64,000 nucleotides of DNA from Vicugna vicugna (taxonomy: Eukaryota), in NCBI GenBank assembly GCA_013265495.1, contig MU058781.1:11389009-11453008 (forward strand). Reading direction: 5' to 3'. Of the stretch, positions 13,942 through 26,466 are shown piece by piece. Position 1 is the stretch's first letter. Each line of letters begins with the position of its first letter. The position numbers and the translations under genes were made by a program. The notes beneath the pieces are model-generated. The model was given only the letters and a program-made list of their open reading frames with translations. It was not told the origin of the DNA and made no database searches.

Positions 13942-16900
13942 ACCACCGGGCAGCAAGCCCCAGTCCGTGTACTCTGCGCTCCCTCGGGGCGCCTGCTTGC
14001 TGATGGGCTGGAAGAGGTTCTGCTCCAGCTCCCGGTAGTCCTCCGAGTACTCAGACATCTCCTCTAGGCCCCGCCCGTTGCCTAGAAAGGGCAAGTCCTT
14101 TCTGATATCCTCAGGTGAGTCCCCCCAGACTCCCGACGGAGAACCCCTGTTCAGCATCACCTCCCCGTAGTCCAGCAGCTGTGTGGGCCTCTGGGCGGGC
14201 CTGAGCACAAAGGTGAGGTAGGACCTGATGGAGCCCATCTTCTTGGGCTCACAGCTCTCCTTGCGGGGGCAGCTCACCAGGTAGCAACGGCCCTCAAACC
14301 ACCAGGCCAGGTCACAGCTGGACAGGTCACAGCACGCCGACGTGCAGTCCACCACGGGGGTGGTCTGAGGCACCGGCATGATTTTGTTAGTTTCCAAGTT
14401 CGGTGAAATGATTGCATTGGAGTAAGTCTTCCCCTCACTACACTGCATACGGGCACAACCTGCAAACAACACAGTCTCCAGTAAGGAAGAGAGGCATATG
14501 GTTCCTGGCCAGCAAATAAACCACCCGCATTTCCTGTAGAAAGTCCACTGTTTTATCTTACAGCCCATCCCTCAACACTCCATCCATCCATAGATCCTTC
14601 CACCTGTCCATCTAACCCTCCATCCTCTCTCTTTATATGTTACTCTACTTAGTCAACAGAAGCATTCTTTCCCACTTGTGTATTGCTTTTTTCCCTTACT
14701 TTTAAAAATATTTTAATTAAAAAAATTTTACAGTTTGTTTGTTTTGTTTTTTGAGGAGGAAATTTGATTTGTTTGTTTGATGGAGGTACTGGGGATGGAA
14801 CTCAGGACCTCGTGCATGCTAAGTAGGCACTGTGTCACTGAGCTATACCCCACCCCTGGTTTTATACTATTTGTAATATTTTGCTTCTCACCCAAAGTTC
14901 AATTATAAAGGTTTATTTCAGGACCAACCGGTTGTTGCTGCTGTTAATGGAATTTTAAAAAATCTCACGGGTTATTCTGATGATTGATCAGCTCTGACGA
15001 TAGGAAAATATCAAAGGAGAGAAAAAATTGTCCAAAATATAGGTCTAGAACAACTAGCTTTAATCAGATTCTAAACAATGACCTATGTTTCCAGTCGGGC
15101 ACTAGAGTAGCACTACACAAGGGTGATCTGCAGACACAGTGCGGCAGGGCCACTAGTCTGTGACCAGTTCATGACAAAATAACAGAAATGAGGCTTTTAG
15201 AAACCCCTTTAGCAGTCTGTCATTCCCTGACATAGAAGGATAGAATCACTTTTCTCCTTTGTTGTTTATTTTGTAAAACAAAGAATGTTGACCACCATCC
15301 AGTTCCACAAAGATTAAGTCATTACCCACTGCTAATAGGGCACCCAGAAAGGAATTCAGGATGAAAAACAGGGTAAGTCACTCTGTGCTTTAGAAAAACA
15401 GACCCCTTAGATAGATAGATATCTCAGGAAGAATTTTCATCAGCCCAGATTCTTGCATCTTCCCATACATAGGAGAGCTCTAAAATCACTAACTGAGATA
15501 TCTATTCCTAGCAGTAATGGTTTACCAAGGTGTGCGCTTGACTGCAGGCACTCCCTAGCCCAAAATCATACATATACCGGCTTCCTCTCCTACCTCTTCA
15601 AAACAGTTCCCTCAGAGGTAGTGAGAGGCTGTTTTCCCAGGCTATAGTCCTCAGGAAAGTCCCTGAATAAGACTGAAACCCACAACTCTTACACTGTACA
15701 TTTTGCTTTCAATAGACAATATGTTTGTTGATATTTTACCAAAGAACTGGTCTGTGATGGCTTGGAAATAAAAATAAATTGGTTCTTCACCACATATAGT
15801 TTGAGAAGCAATGTTCTGCTAACCTCAGAAGGGCAAAGGATCTCTTTCCTAGTGAGGGCTCATCACTGATCATTCTCTTAATACCTGTTACTTTTTTCAT
15901 AGTGACAGTCAGAGATTACTTCTAACTGGAGGTAAGAGAAATGATTAAATACAGAACAATAATCATCTTTATTTTTACCTGTACAGACATCAACATCATT
16001 ATAAATTTTTAAGAATCATTCATTGCCAAACACTGACTGTATAGGAAAGTCTAATTGGTCCAATTTAATAAAACTTAGCTATAATAGAGATGTATCTTTC
16101 CCAGTGAATAAGCTTACAACAAACTAATTCAACTGAAATGAAATTTTATCAAACAAATCTACTTTTTAAAAATTGCCTTAATAATCTGAGCCTTTTATTT
16201 TCTAAAGACAAGCTTAATCTCAGAGAGGGAGAGGAAAAATAAAACAAAAGAAAACTCTGAACACAACAAAACAGCATTTTCAATTAAAGTCAAGAGATGA
16301 TGGGGTATGTAAACTAGGTATCTCTGACTCACAACTCTACTCTCAAAAATATTGTCTTTATTTGTAGTTACCACTAACATCCTGAGTGGCCTTTAAATGA
16401 AGATCCAAGCTAGATGGTTCTTCTAAACACAAACGGCAGGATATATTTTATTTCCCTTGAACAACTGTTGGCTCATCTCCTTTTGGACAGTACAATTCAT
16501 AAAAACTATCATGTTTCATATCTGGCTTTGGCCACCAGAAGCTTAAAAGCCAACTTGTAAAACTGTGTCACAGAAACCATTATTCAGGGAAAAGGCTGTG
16601 ATCCTGGAACAAATTGTTACACGTGGGTGAGAGACATGGCAAGAGCCTTCCAGACAAAGCTTAAAGCAGTTTTCCATCAGGCTGGAGGTGGAGACCTCCA
16701 TATATAGCTCTGGGCCAGATCATCCCTTTGTTCTGCAAAAAAAAATCACCTGAATAGGCCGTTTAGATATACATACTTTAAGCAGAGATCTGAATGCTAA
16801 ATAAAGGAATTTGAGAAGGTGGAATTCGCAACATATAACCATTCTTCCTTTGGGCCAAGTTGCCATAATTACTTTAGAATCTTTTGGACTCACTCAAGAA

Positions 16901-18333
16901 AATTCTTAAAGAGACCAGAGAACAGAGACCGGAGAACACACACATTTGTCCCCTCTTCAAATTCCCAGCCCAATTCATGAACATAGTAGGCACCCCATGA
17001 TTGTTGACAAATCAAGAATGTCAATGGTTAACATCTTGCCAAAGGTAAAGAGGGTAGACGGAAAAGACAGGCAAACTCTAAATAACATTACTGGGGCTCA
17101 GTAATTGAGGAATTTTGAATTGATGAAAAACATCTCACAGGAAAGAAAACAAAAGCAGTGAAAAAGTGGGGATTTGAGAGAGAAAAAAAAGAGTGCTCAA
17201 AACATTAAAGATAGTATTTTCCAAAGTACAGAGTACACTAAGCATGGAATAAAGGAACATTTTGTTTTGCATACTGAGCAGTGATGAGTTAATAAGATGG
17301 ATGGATGGGAGAGTGATCTACAAGGGATGGGGATGTTAGGCCTTTCCCAATGGTAGCATTTGCTGAAGTGGCCCTTTTAGAATCTAAAACTGTGTTTATA
17401 AAAATTTAGATGCATATTAAAATCTCTTTCATATAGAGCATGTCTCTCTCACAGTGGAACATGGAAATAAGTTTTCCATAAAACAAGCCAACAAAAAATT
17501 TAGATGCTTGCAATCCCTGAGTCACACTCACTAGAAGTTCTGATTCAGGAGGTCTGGACGGGACCTCGGAAACCACAAGGTTTTAACAAGGGTCATTCTC
17601 AGGTAAGCCTCATCATGGTTTTACCACACTTGGGCAAACCTTGGATATAAAACCATTTCCCCGGCCATATCTCCGCCTTCAGTCTGCTAAGTTCAAAGGG
17701 GCTTAGTTGGCTTGGCTGGCCCAGCTGGGGCATGTCCCCAGAATTGATGCTTACCAATGATTTTATGCCATGGGTGTGTCCACAATAAGCAAACAGACTA
17801 TATGAAAATAAAGATTTATGATACAAATGGGTCTGTCATTTGCTTTCCAAAAAGATCTACTATATAATTCTAAACAAATGTATAGGGGAGGGTATAGCTC
17901 AGTGGTAGAGCGTGTGCTTAGCATGCACAAGGTCCTGGGTTCAATCCCCAGTATCTCTGGTAAAAAATAAACAAACTAAATAAACCTAATTACCACCCCC
18001 TAAAAAAACAAAACAAAAAATAAAGTTTAAATAAGTACATGAAGTTTTCCTAATATATATGAAATAGGATTTATTTTCCCCAAAATAGTCTTGATAAAAA
18101 ATTTAAATGCCTGTTTCCAGAAACCACTGATGCATGAGGTCTGCCTTTCATACGTGAGATGAGTCTATTAGAAAGCAACACACAGCACCTTCGTCTTCTC
18201 GGGTTGATTTGAATGCCTTACGCCAAAGACAGGAAGCCCAAGTGTAACACTGGCGTCTCCAGGGTGACCGTTTCCTACCTGTAAAGAGCAGCAGCAGCAG
18301 CAACAAAGAGAGCACAGCTGCAGGGGGCGCCAT
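1901..18333 (-). CDS. KIAA0319: KIAA0319 dyslexia-associated type I membrane protein, 5' part of CDS (signal peptide, MANEC domain, Ser/Thr/Pro linker, first PKD domains); continues beyond left edge
   Basis: Eight coding exons splice in frame: 18279-18333, 13657-14459, 9518-9710, 6789-6887, 5506-5603, 4566-4653, 3422-3514, 1901-2033 (1562 nt). Translation [41 protein letters not shown]...[24 protein letters not shown]...GNYTFR matches KIAA0319 as recalled. Confidence 0.97.
3422..3514 (-). CDS. KIAA0319: KIAA0319 exon 8
   Basis: [31 protein letters not shown]; cag| acceptor and |gtgggt donor; 93 nt. Confidence 0.95.
3863..3899. repeat. (CCA/CCG)n trinucleotide microsatellite, intronic
   Basis: ccaccaccaccaccaccaccgccaccgccaccacca. 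Confidence 0.9.
4566..4653 (-). CDS. KIAA0319: KIAA0319 exon 7
   Basis: [29 protein letters not shown]; cag| ... |gtaagg; 88 nt. Confidence 0.95.
5506..5603 (-). CDS. KIAA0319: KIAA0319 exon 6
   Basis: [33 protein letters not shown]; cag| ... |gtgagt; 98 nt. Confidence 0.95.
6789..6887 (-). CDS. KIAA0319: KIAA0319 exon 5
   Basis: [33 protein letters not shown]; tag| ... |gtgaga; 99 nt. Confidence 0.95.
7151..7188. repeat. 13-bp tandem repeat GTTGGTGACAAGA, about 3 copies
   Basis: Read directly from the sequence. Confidence 0.9.
8240..9400 (+). mobile_element. Degenerate L2 relic with an embedded MIR fragment (~9030-9120)
   Basis: Pyrimidine-rich L2-like 3' motifs and the MIR end gtgctcaataaat. 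Confidence 0.55.
9518..9710 (-). CDS. KIAA0319: KIAA0319 exon 4 (Ser/Thr/Pro-rich linker)
   Basis: [30 protein letters not shown]...SAPTVPRT; tag| ... |gtaact; 193 nt. Confidence 0.95.
10746..11264 (+). mobile_element. Solo ERV LTR
   Basis: TG...CA ends (TGTAAC...GGTAACA), TATA-like tataaaag, near-matching 4-bp flanks cctt/tctt. Confidence 0.75.
11286..11930 (+). mobile_element. 5'-truncated L1 3' end with poly(A) and 16-bp TSD
   Basis: L1 ORF2 end and 3' UTR; TSD AAATACAA(T/C)AGTTTCT at 11270-11285 and 11931-11946. Confidence 0.92.
12311..13288 (+). mobile_element. MER34-like ERV1 solo LTR interrupted by a second LTR (12661-13021)
   Basis: 5' cagaatatgtcaccctcaagtatgccactttggcata and 3' ccagccaaagaacctagaagg...cctaca; inner TG...CA element has its own AATAAA. 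Confidence 0.75.
13657..14459 (-). CDS. KIAA0319: KIAA0319 exon 3 (MANEC domain plus linker with poly-Gly)
   Basis: Lies within ORF 13546..14568; cag|GTTGTGCC ... GGAAAAGAG|gtgggt; 803 nt. Confidence 0.97.
13879..13947 (-). repeat. Coding (GGT)4(GGC)13-GTC-(GGN)5 repeat encoding Gly17-Val-Gly5
   Basis: Counted codon by codon in KIAA0319 exon 3. Confidence 0.97.
14720..14856 (-). mobile_element. tRNA-derived SINE (camelid vic-1-like)
   Basis: Reverse complement of GGGTATAGCTCAGTG...CTTAGCATGCACGAGGTCCTGAGTTCCATCCCCAGTACCTCC plus A-rich tail. Confidence 0.85.
15286..15718 (+). mobile_element. Solo ERV LTR inserted in an older hAT-type relic (~15100-15815)
   Basis: TG...CA ends and LTR-like 3' end; the flanks look like two halves of a MER5/Charlie-type element. 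Confidence 0.55.
17885..18023 (+). mobile_element. tRNA-derived SINE (vic-1-like)
   Basis: A box TAGCTCAGTGG, B box GGTTCAATCCC, aacctaattacc tail, A-rich end. Confidence 0.9.
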
Positions 18334-18426
18334 TCGGCCTCGCACAACGCTTCTAAGATGGCCCTGAGAGGCCTTTGGTGCAGGCTTCCTTTGATGTTTC
18401 TTTGGAGCCAGTTTTGGCCTCAAGAA
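18279..18426 (-). CDS. KIAA0319: KIAA0319 exon 2 (5' UTR 18334-18426, ATG at 18333, signal peptide)
   Basis: Polypyrimidine tract plus gaag| acceptor; [18 protein letters not shown](G); |gtagga donor. Confidence 0.93.
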
Positions 18427-18553
18427 CTTCAAAGGAAAAACAGGAAAGAGACAGGAAGGAAGAAAAGAATAGGTAAATAGAGAAACACACACAGTTATTT
18501 CTATCATGCATTCGTGGCAATGGGAAGCCTGCCTTGTTAATACCCTAGGGCCA

Positions 18554-19107
18554 CGTCAGGGCAGGACACTCCAAGATGTGCCAGTATGGCATGTGGATTA
18601 TTTCAACCTGAAAACAATCAAGGTCCAAAGGACTCAGGAAGAACCTTTAACCTTCACCCTAACTGTCTAAAAGGATTTAGATAAAGGACCTGTTCCAGGA
18701 AGGGAGCTATCTCAATAGGTAAATACAGTATAATATGAACTAGCTGTGGTAGACAGGGAGAGATCCAGCAAAGCCTGTTTGTTAAAATTCCTCTCTGTAT
18801 CCTACTGTCTCTGTATGACACAGCAAACATTTGTTTACCAAATCTTTGCTCTTTTTCATCTTCCTAAGAATTGCCTTTCTTCCCTTTGAAGTCCCAGATC
18901 CCTACCCCCTCCTCCTTAGTCCAGGATGATATATATACCTCATTATACCTGACTCTCATTTTACCTGGAATCTCTCACATTATATGGATTTTCTGTACAT
19001 ATATAATTAAATGTGATTTTCTCCTGTTAATTTGCCTTATGCCATTTTAATTATTTGACGAGTCAAAAGGACCAAGAGGGGAAGGGAGAAATTTTCCCCT
19101 CCATGAC
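18554..19107 (+). mobile_element. MER34-like solo LTR
   Basis: ccaagatgtgccagtatggcatgtggattattt ... gattttctcctgttaatttgcc ... cccctccatgaca. Confidence 0.65.
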
Positions 19108-19153
19108 AACGATATCTCAGGCAAACCATCCACTGGAAGTCTGTTCAGAAAGC

Positions 19154-19230
19154 AAGTGGTAGAGCACATGCTTAGCATGCACGGGGGCCTGGGTTCAATC
19201 CCCAGTACCTCCATTTAAAAAAAAAAAAAA
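19154..19230 (+). mobile_element. 5'-truncated vic-1-like SINE
   Basis: agtggtagagcacatgcttagcatgcacg...ggttcaatccccagtacctcc plus poly(A). Confidence 0.85.
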
Positions 19231-19319
19231 GAACTTAAAGAAAATAGCTATTGAATTCTACTATTTAAATGTGTGAATTGTATGATATGTGAACTATTAT
19301 CTTAAAGCTGCTTTTTTTT

Positions 19320-20345
19320 TTTAAAGAAAAGAAACTACAGGAGAATATATTTGTAATCTCTGAATGGGGAAGGCCTAGGCATGGTACGAACTCAGAAATC
19401 ATAATAGAAAATATGAATAAGTTGTATGCAATAACTAAAAATACGGATAAATAGAAATTTTCATGGAAGCACTGCCATACGTAAAGTCAAAGTGTCAACA
19501 AACAACTAAGTGGGGAAAATATTTGCAACTCATATCACAAAGGATAATTTCCCTAATCCATAGGAGTGCCCTCCAGTCAATAACCATCCAATAGAAAAAG
19601 TCCATCAGCAGACAAAACACAGAAAAGGAAACATAAGTGCATTTTAAATACCTCAAAGGATGCTCAAATTCACCCATAAAAAGAGGAACACAAGTTAAAA
19701 CTAAGAGATACCATTTTCTCACCGATGAGATGGTCACACACAATAAAACGTTTAGACTTCCCCGTGTTGGTGAGAGTATGGTTACTCAGGTATTCTCGCT
19801 CCTTACTGACGCGAGTCTCTACGGAGGACAACATGGTACTAGCGTACATTTCAGCTGTTCCACTTCTAGGAATTTATTCTACTGTATCTGTAAGCATTCA
19901 TGAAATCACACCCACGCTAGTTTATTCCGGGGTGCAGTATTGGTACTAACAAACAAACTGGGAACAACCAAACTCTCGTCAGCAAGGAAGTGGTTAAATA
20001 AGTTAAAGGCTGCCTATACCATAAAGTCCCCTGCATCTGTGAAGAAGACGAAGCTGTTCCTGTGCTGGTATCTACCAAGACCAACTGTTAGGTGACAAAA
20101 GCAATATGCAGAATAGTGTAAGTGCTATTCACCATTTGTGGGAAAAGAGACTGGAGCGAGGAAAAACAGAAATATGGATTTGCTTGAAAACGCATTAACG
20201 AACTCTAGAAGAATACACAAGATCATACGTTAATAGCTAAGGATCACGGAGACAGCAAGAATAGAGACTTTTTTCAACAAGTAGATTTCTGTGCCTCTTG
20301 AATCATGTGAACGTCTTCAATATTTTGCACGTAAATAAATAAACT
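19320..20345 (+). mobile_element. Ancient L1ME-type relic
   Basis: Degenerate L1 ORF2-end and 3' UTR motifs. Confidence 0.6.
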
Positions 20346-20496
20346 GAATATTCTTGTCACTGTGCTTGGTCTGGAGGCTTAGATCTACTGAGCATCAAAG
20401 GCTCAGGAGATGACACTAGAGGGATGGAGAGCCCACATGAGGTCACAAACAGGAAGGGACTCTGGGCGCATAACACTGAGCAGGACGGGGCATGAG

Positions 20497-20614
20497 CAGG
20501 GCAGCCAGATTTAGCAAAGAAAGAGTCCCAATCAAATGTGAATTTCAGACAAATAACAAATTTTATGATGCAATATTCAGGACATATTTTACTATATTTT
20601 GTCAGGCAACCCTA
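20497..20614. mobile_element. Short hAT-type MITE (MER53-like)
   Basis: Inverted ends agggcagccaga / tcaggcaaccct; internal aaatgtgaatttcagacaaataac. Confidence 0.6.
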
Positions 20615-23019
20615 GCTATGAGAAAATACCTGGGCTGCCCTGGGCAGCTAGTTAGAACTGCTACTGGGCTATGTCTCTACTCCAAGGAAGGTCTACACAT
20701 ATACCACCATTGAGAGAAAGAGTCGACATTTATACTTCACCTTAGAAGTAACAGTTCCACCCAAATTCAGTCAATATGCTGAATCCCCACTGAGTTATGA
20801 AAGCATGTAGTGTAAGCACAAACAACTTGTTAAGAGAAAGAACACAATTAATTACCATCATTCCAGTGAAAGGACCAAAGTGAGGGAAAGACCTAGCAAA
20901 CAAGCCACTGGGAAAAAAAAAAAAAAGGATGTATTCACATTTTAAATTGCAATTTTGAAATTCAGTAATCCCTATCTCAAAGAGAATTACCATGGTTCTC
21001 TGCAACAAATTACTTTTCAAAGCTAGCTGACAGCTTTCATCTCAGCTGGAGTTAAGTGCATGGAAAAAAAAGAAAAGAAAAGAAAGAAATCCTGTATGAC
21101 AGCCAGAATCCAACAGTTCTGATATTTACTTCTTAACGGCCTTGTTTTTTGGTAAGGTTTGTCCAGAACTATCCTGCGGAGAATAGGAGGAAATGTATGA
21201 CTCATATATTTCCCTTTCCATCTCACTGCAGTTGAGTTCACTTTTGAGCTTAGAATTAGTCGCTGTCATAGCTGTGACCAATAAACTCAGGTCAACCAAG
21301 TAGGAACATCCCCCTGGCCCCGTGGCAGGTCTCTTAGGACTGTGGTGAATTACATGCATGTAACAGACTGGTGCAAACGATGACAGGAACCAATGTTAAA
21401 AATTCCTGAAAGTTGCCAGGACAGACACCTCAGGAGAGGGGAGCAAACTCATCACACCACTCTCCACGCTCCCCTCTTCCCTGTCTTCTTTCCAACATCC
21501 ACTAACCTCCCCATGCGCTCTCCTCTACCCTACCAATAACCAGCTTACAAGCCAGTTCTTCAGAGCCTTCCTTCCCAAACAGAACCTCCAAGCTGAAGTC
21601 ATTGCTGCCTCCTCTGGACAGGTTCCAAGGCTAGATTACTGTCACAAATACAATACTGGATGAAAAGTACAATTAATATTTGTAAAAATTCCCATTTATT
21701 TCATAATGTCCCTGGCACTTTACATGCATTTGTTGTCATCCTCTGAAACAGCTCCAGATGCATATTATTAGCCCCATTTTACAGATGATGAAACTGAGGC
21801 TCAGAAAAGCTAAAAAGTCCAAGAATTAGAACCTCATCCAGGCATGTCTGACACTAGAGAATATGTTCTTTCCACTGTTCTGTCCTGCCTTATGTGTCTC
21901 TCTCCATTAAAAAAAAAAAAAGCTAATTTGGTTTTATTCTAATTTACAAAAGCAATAATATCCAAAATTAAGGTATACTTAAACATTGTATATCTCATGA
22001 CTATATAATATTCATGTATTATTATCATGAAGTCTATGATCCAGTACTACACGAAAGATGCAGATTATAAACAGAAAATGGAGTATTATATATGCATGGG
22101 AAAAGTCTGGATTTCTCGCAAAATGCCAGCACAATAAAATACTGAGATTGCTGGGGACAATGTAACACCTTTTAAATATATAACGGCACTCACAAGAAAA
22201 TAAGGGAAGTCCCCCAAGGCTGAAAACAAAGAGAAAGCTAGAAAGCTGATGCCAAGGCAGCAGCTGCCCAAGATGACTGCTGGTTTCCAGAACCCAGAGA
22301 TGTGAGTCTCATGGATACAACGCAGACAGAAGTCAGAGCCTTGGGCATGTTCAAGTTGAGGGGTTGGAACTGAGGTGCCTCTTAAAACCAGGATCTTTGA
22401 GAGACAGATCCTTGTGGGTGAAAAGGATGAACTAAGGGGGGGAAAATCTGGCTGCTGTGCTCTGTGGGAAGAAAAAAATTCTTCCTTGAGAATGGACAAC
22501 CATAGGTTTGCTCCTCACAGGTCTGGATTCCACTTTCACGGCAAGTTTGGTCTAATTAACCCCGTGGGGAGAAATTACCTCAATTTCTGGTGGCCCTGGG
22601 TTGGTAGGACCCAAAGATACCTGGAAGAGACAATGATAAATCCTTTTTTGGAAGAATTCTCCTCAACCCCTAGAGAGAACCCAGACAACCTTGAGCTTAG
22701 AATTCCAAATTACTAAACAACCCAGGCACTGTGAAGAAAGGCAACAGAGAAGAAAGACAAGAGAATCAGGCCCCTGAGATTTTTCAAATAATGAAATTCT
22801 GGCTTACAAATATGAACTAATTGATGCTTAAAACGTTTAAGGAGAGAAAAAAAAGTAAGGTATAAGATTTGTACCCTCCCCCCAAAAAAAGACCCTGGCA
22901 GATGTGAAAAATCACCAGGCAAAAGTGTAACAATAAAAAGATAACACTTTTGCTATCAAAAGCTCAACGGATAGGTTAAACAGCAGATTAAACACAGCTG
23001 AAGAATTAATGAGCTTTTA

Positions 23020-23745
23020 AGACTAAGAGAGATGAGAGAATGAAACACGTGGACGTCTGAAAGAAGAGTTCCCAGCAGAGGGGACAGGAGATGCGAAGGC
23101 TTGGCTGGGGGAATGTGCCGTATATTCCAGGAACAGCATGGAGGGCCACAAGGCTAGAAGAGGGGAAGGCCCAGGAAGGCAAGGTTAGGGAGGCAATGGG
23201 AGGCCACGCGGCGGTTTATAGGTCAACACAAGGGATCTCTGGCTTTGCCTCTGAGACCGGACGAGTCACAGGATTAGCACCCTTGGCTTCCGGCCTTGTG
23301 ATGAAGAGAGTATAGGGGCAGAGAGAGAACTCAGAAGCTCGTGCAGTGGTCCAGGTGGGAGGATGGCGTCTTGCACCAGGTGGTAGCAGTGAAGGTCTTG
23401 GGGAGTCAGGTTCCTGATGTATTTTGCAGGTAGAGAGTGCAGGATTTGCTCCTGGATGGGATGCAGGACATGAGACAAAGACAAGTGTCCAGGATAACTG
23501 AGCAACCAAGAGAATGGGGTCGCCATGACTTGAAATGGGGGACCCTGGAAGACATCCAAATGGAGCTGCTGGGCGGGCCACCAGATAAATACATCTGGGG
23601 TTCAGAGGAGGGAAGAGCTGGAGGTGTCAACTGGGAGCCACAGAGTCGGTATTCAAAGCCAGGAGACTGGTTAACAGCACTGAGGGAGGAAGTATAAATG
23701 GAAAGGAAAGGGAAGAGAGGGGAGAGTTGCCTGAGTGGTGAACTT
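23020..23745 (-). mobile_element. L2 LINE relic
   Basis: Purine-rich L2 motifs (gtggtccaggtgggagga, attttgcaggtagag, ggtattcaaagccaggagactgg). Confidence 0.7.
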
Positions 23746-24244
23746 GAGTAAGAGAGAGAGGTGTGTCTGTGGAGGGACTGGCCTATCTTCAAATGGTTCT
23801 GTAAACAACCGTTCTCACCCAGTCAGACGGACCTGCAGGGAGCCCTGACGGGCAAGGGGAAAATCTTAAAATAAAATAATGCCTTCTGATCTGGAAAGCG
23901 CCACACTTGGCTGTCAGCAGGGGTGCAAATCACACTGTAGCAACTCCCTGGCTGCTTCTGAGGGAGCAAACCAAGCAGAGCTCTCACCTGATTAAAACTA
24001 CCAGCTAACTAAAACCACAATTAAGTGGATTCCAATCACTGTTCATTCTAACACTAGCAGATTAATTGCTTTAAAATTCTGTTCTGTATATCCTTGGTTA
24101 ATAATATAACACTGGAGGAAAGAAGATAGAAATTTATTTTACTTCAATAAAAATATTGGGATGGTTGGGAAAAAAAATTTATTTTATGTACATAGATATA
24201 TAGATAATAGTTAATAGACTTTTGCTTTTTGGAGCAGTTTGAAT

Positions 24245-24372
24245 TTCTTTGGGTGGGGGGAGGTAATTAGGTTTGTTTGTTTGTTTGTTTATTTAATGGA
24301 GGTACTGGGGATTGAACCCAGGACCTTGTACATGCTAAGCACATGCTCTACCACTGAGCTATACCCTCCCCC
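24245..24372 (-). mobile_element. vic-1-like SINE
   Basis: Reverse complement of the full SINE head and the aacctaattacctccccc tail. Confidence 0.9.
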
Positions 24373-26100
24373 TACTTTCAAGATATTTTATCAATGTTGG
24401 CAGGGAGTAGGAGAGTAAAGCTTCTTGAACTTGACATTCAGACATGGAAAAACATGCAATTCTAACTTCAGAAATTGTTTAAAAAGTCATTTTTGTAAGT
24501 AAAGCTGCAGCACTTCTGAGCTTGGTTTTAATCTTAGCTAAGACCCTTCCAAATATGAGAGCCTCTTCGGTTTTTACCCTGAAGGGAATGCTGACAATCC
24601 ATAATTGTGTTTTTGCTTTTTCTATCCTCAACCTGCCCCTAAAGAATCCCTATCCATTATTCCCATGCAGGCAAAGGACTTACCTTCCTGCTGCCAATTC
24701 TCTTTAGTATTTAATTTCACAGCAAGAACCAGAAGCGATATGATACCAGCCAGAGTTGGCACACAGAAAAAAACGAGATGCATGGCATTATGCCTGTCTC
24801 CCCTTTTGGGGAGTCTTGGTCAGATTCTTCCCTCCCCCTCCATCAATTCCCTCCCTTTCAGGTCTCTAAACCCAAGCTTCCAGGCAAAGCTGTCAGCTGT
24901 TATTACTTGTTTAAACCTTAAGGTCTTCTTTATGAGGATGCTAGCATTGTCATACAGATTCCTCATGACCAAAGGCTATTTTAGGTGCCTTTGACAGATG
25001 GTGGTAGAGGAGATATTTGGGGGATAGGTGCTTGTCTTTATGGTTCTCTCATCATTGTTGTTTAACACACCTACTTTATCATCAAGGCTTGAGAAGCAGG
25101 ATGCTGCAGTAATAGACCAAGCCCCTAGGTGTTCCTTAAAGAGGGAAGGTTCCACCCTTGCTGTTCGAAGTGTTTGCGTTATCTCTCAAGAGGCAGATCC
25201 TGGAAACCAGGGTCATCAGTATTCCAAGGACTGTCCAGAGGCACAGTCCACACAGCAAATACAGTCACATTAATCTTTCTTGGGGGGAATAAGCTTCATT
25301 AATAGAATTTTAGCAAGCTAAGAATAAAAAGAAAACTTTCTAGTTCAAGATGGGACTGGACACACATCTATTTCCCCTCTTTCCTATGTTCCCGTTGAAA
25401 AATAAAAAAATAAAAACAAAGCGGAAAGGCAGGCAGGGCATATGAATAGACAGAAGAAAATAAATCATAACACTAGAAAAAAAAGAAAAGTATTTTTAAA
25501 ATGATGTATTGGTACACCAGAGATTGACACATTGTAACTGACTAGATACTTCAATTAAAAAAAAAAAAAAGATATTGCAAACCCCAAGAAGACCTGCTTT
25601 TTATTGGTTGTTTTCTGTGTCCTCAAGCTCTGGCACACTGCCTGGGTGGAGACTGAGTGAATGAAATAACTTTCTTTAATTAGCATGACAAAATGTCCAC
25701 TAAAAGCATTCCGATCAAATCACGCTAATGAATGGCTATCTTCTCCTGCCAGGGTTTCCTTCAGTATACGTATACATACACTAACCAAAGCCATCCTCTC
25801 AGAGAAACACAATTCTCATTTTCACTTAATATTCCACCACAAGAAGTATCCTTCATTGCTACTTTCTTTTTCATTATTCTTTTTTGTTGTTGTTATTTTG
25901 CAACATCCTACCGAGGTGATGATTATAACTAGACCAGTTGGCTGTTTGTGATGATTGGCTTTTATCAATAATGCTGCAGTGCAATGTTGCTATGGGCTCA
26001 GGAAAATGCAAGCTGCAGCTTTCTTTGCGGAGGGAAATGAAAACAGCTCAAAGGGGCCTAATTTCAAAGGTCCAAACAGATCTCCTGGACAGCATTTTCC

Positions 26101-26466
26101 TGTAGGCTATTTAGAACAGGCTGTGTTGATGAGAAGGAAAATGTTGGGCTGGGCCAAGACTGGGCAGGGCTAACTCATGAATTTTAAGTTAACTCATGAA
26201 TTTTAAGTTTCACCTTGCTAGACCAGTTTCGGGTTACTGCAAGCAACCCTTTGCTTCTGCTTTTATGATACTGCCTAGCTGTACTCACCCTATTGGCTGA
26301 TGGACCCCGAGCTTGTAAGCAGCTCTGTAAAACCTCACTCACACTTCCCAGAGGCGCTCAGAGCTCCGGAGCGGTAGCCCCTCTGAGCCCGCTGGCGTAA
26401 TAAACCTGAGTACGCCAACCCTCTGAGTGGTGTTTGTTTCTTGGCTGACCTGTCATTTCTGTAACA
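26101..26466 (+). mobile_element. Relatively young solo ERV LTR with an internal 19-bp tandem duplication (26171-26208)
   Basis: TG...CA ends, AATAAA at 26399-26404, CpGs retained; TAACTCATGAATTTTAAGT x2. Confidence 0.75.

Noticed and set aside
13736..14067. Poly-Pro and poly-Ala plus-strand ORFs
   Set aside because: Antisense frames of the KIAA0319 GGC repeat; no independent evidence of expression
17885..17960. tRNA-like sequences as functional tRNA genes
   Set aside because: They have A/B boxes but also SINE tails, TSDs and scattered mutations, so they are SINEs
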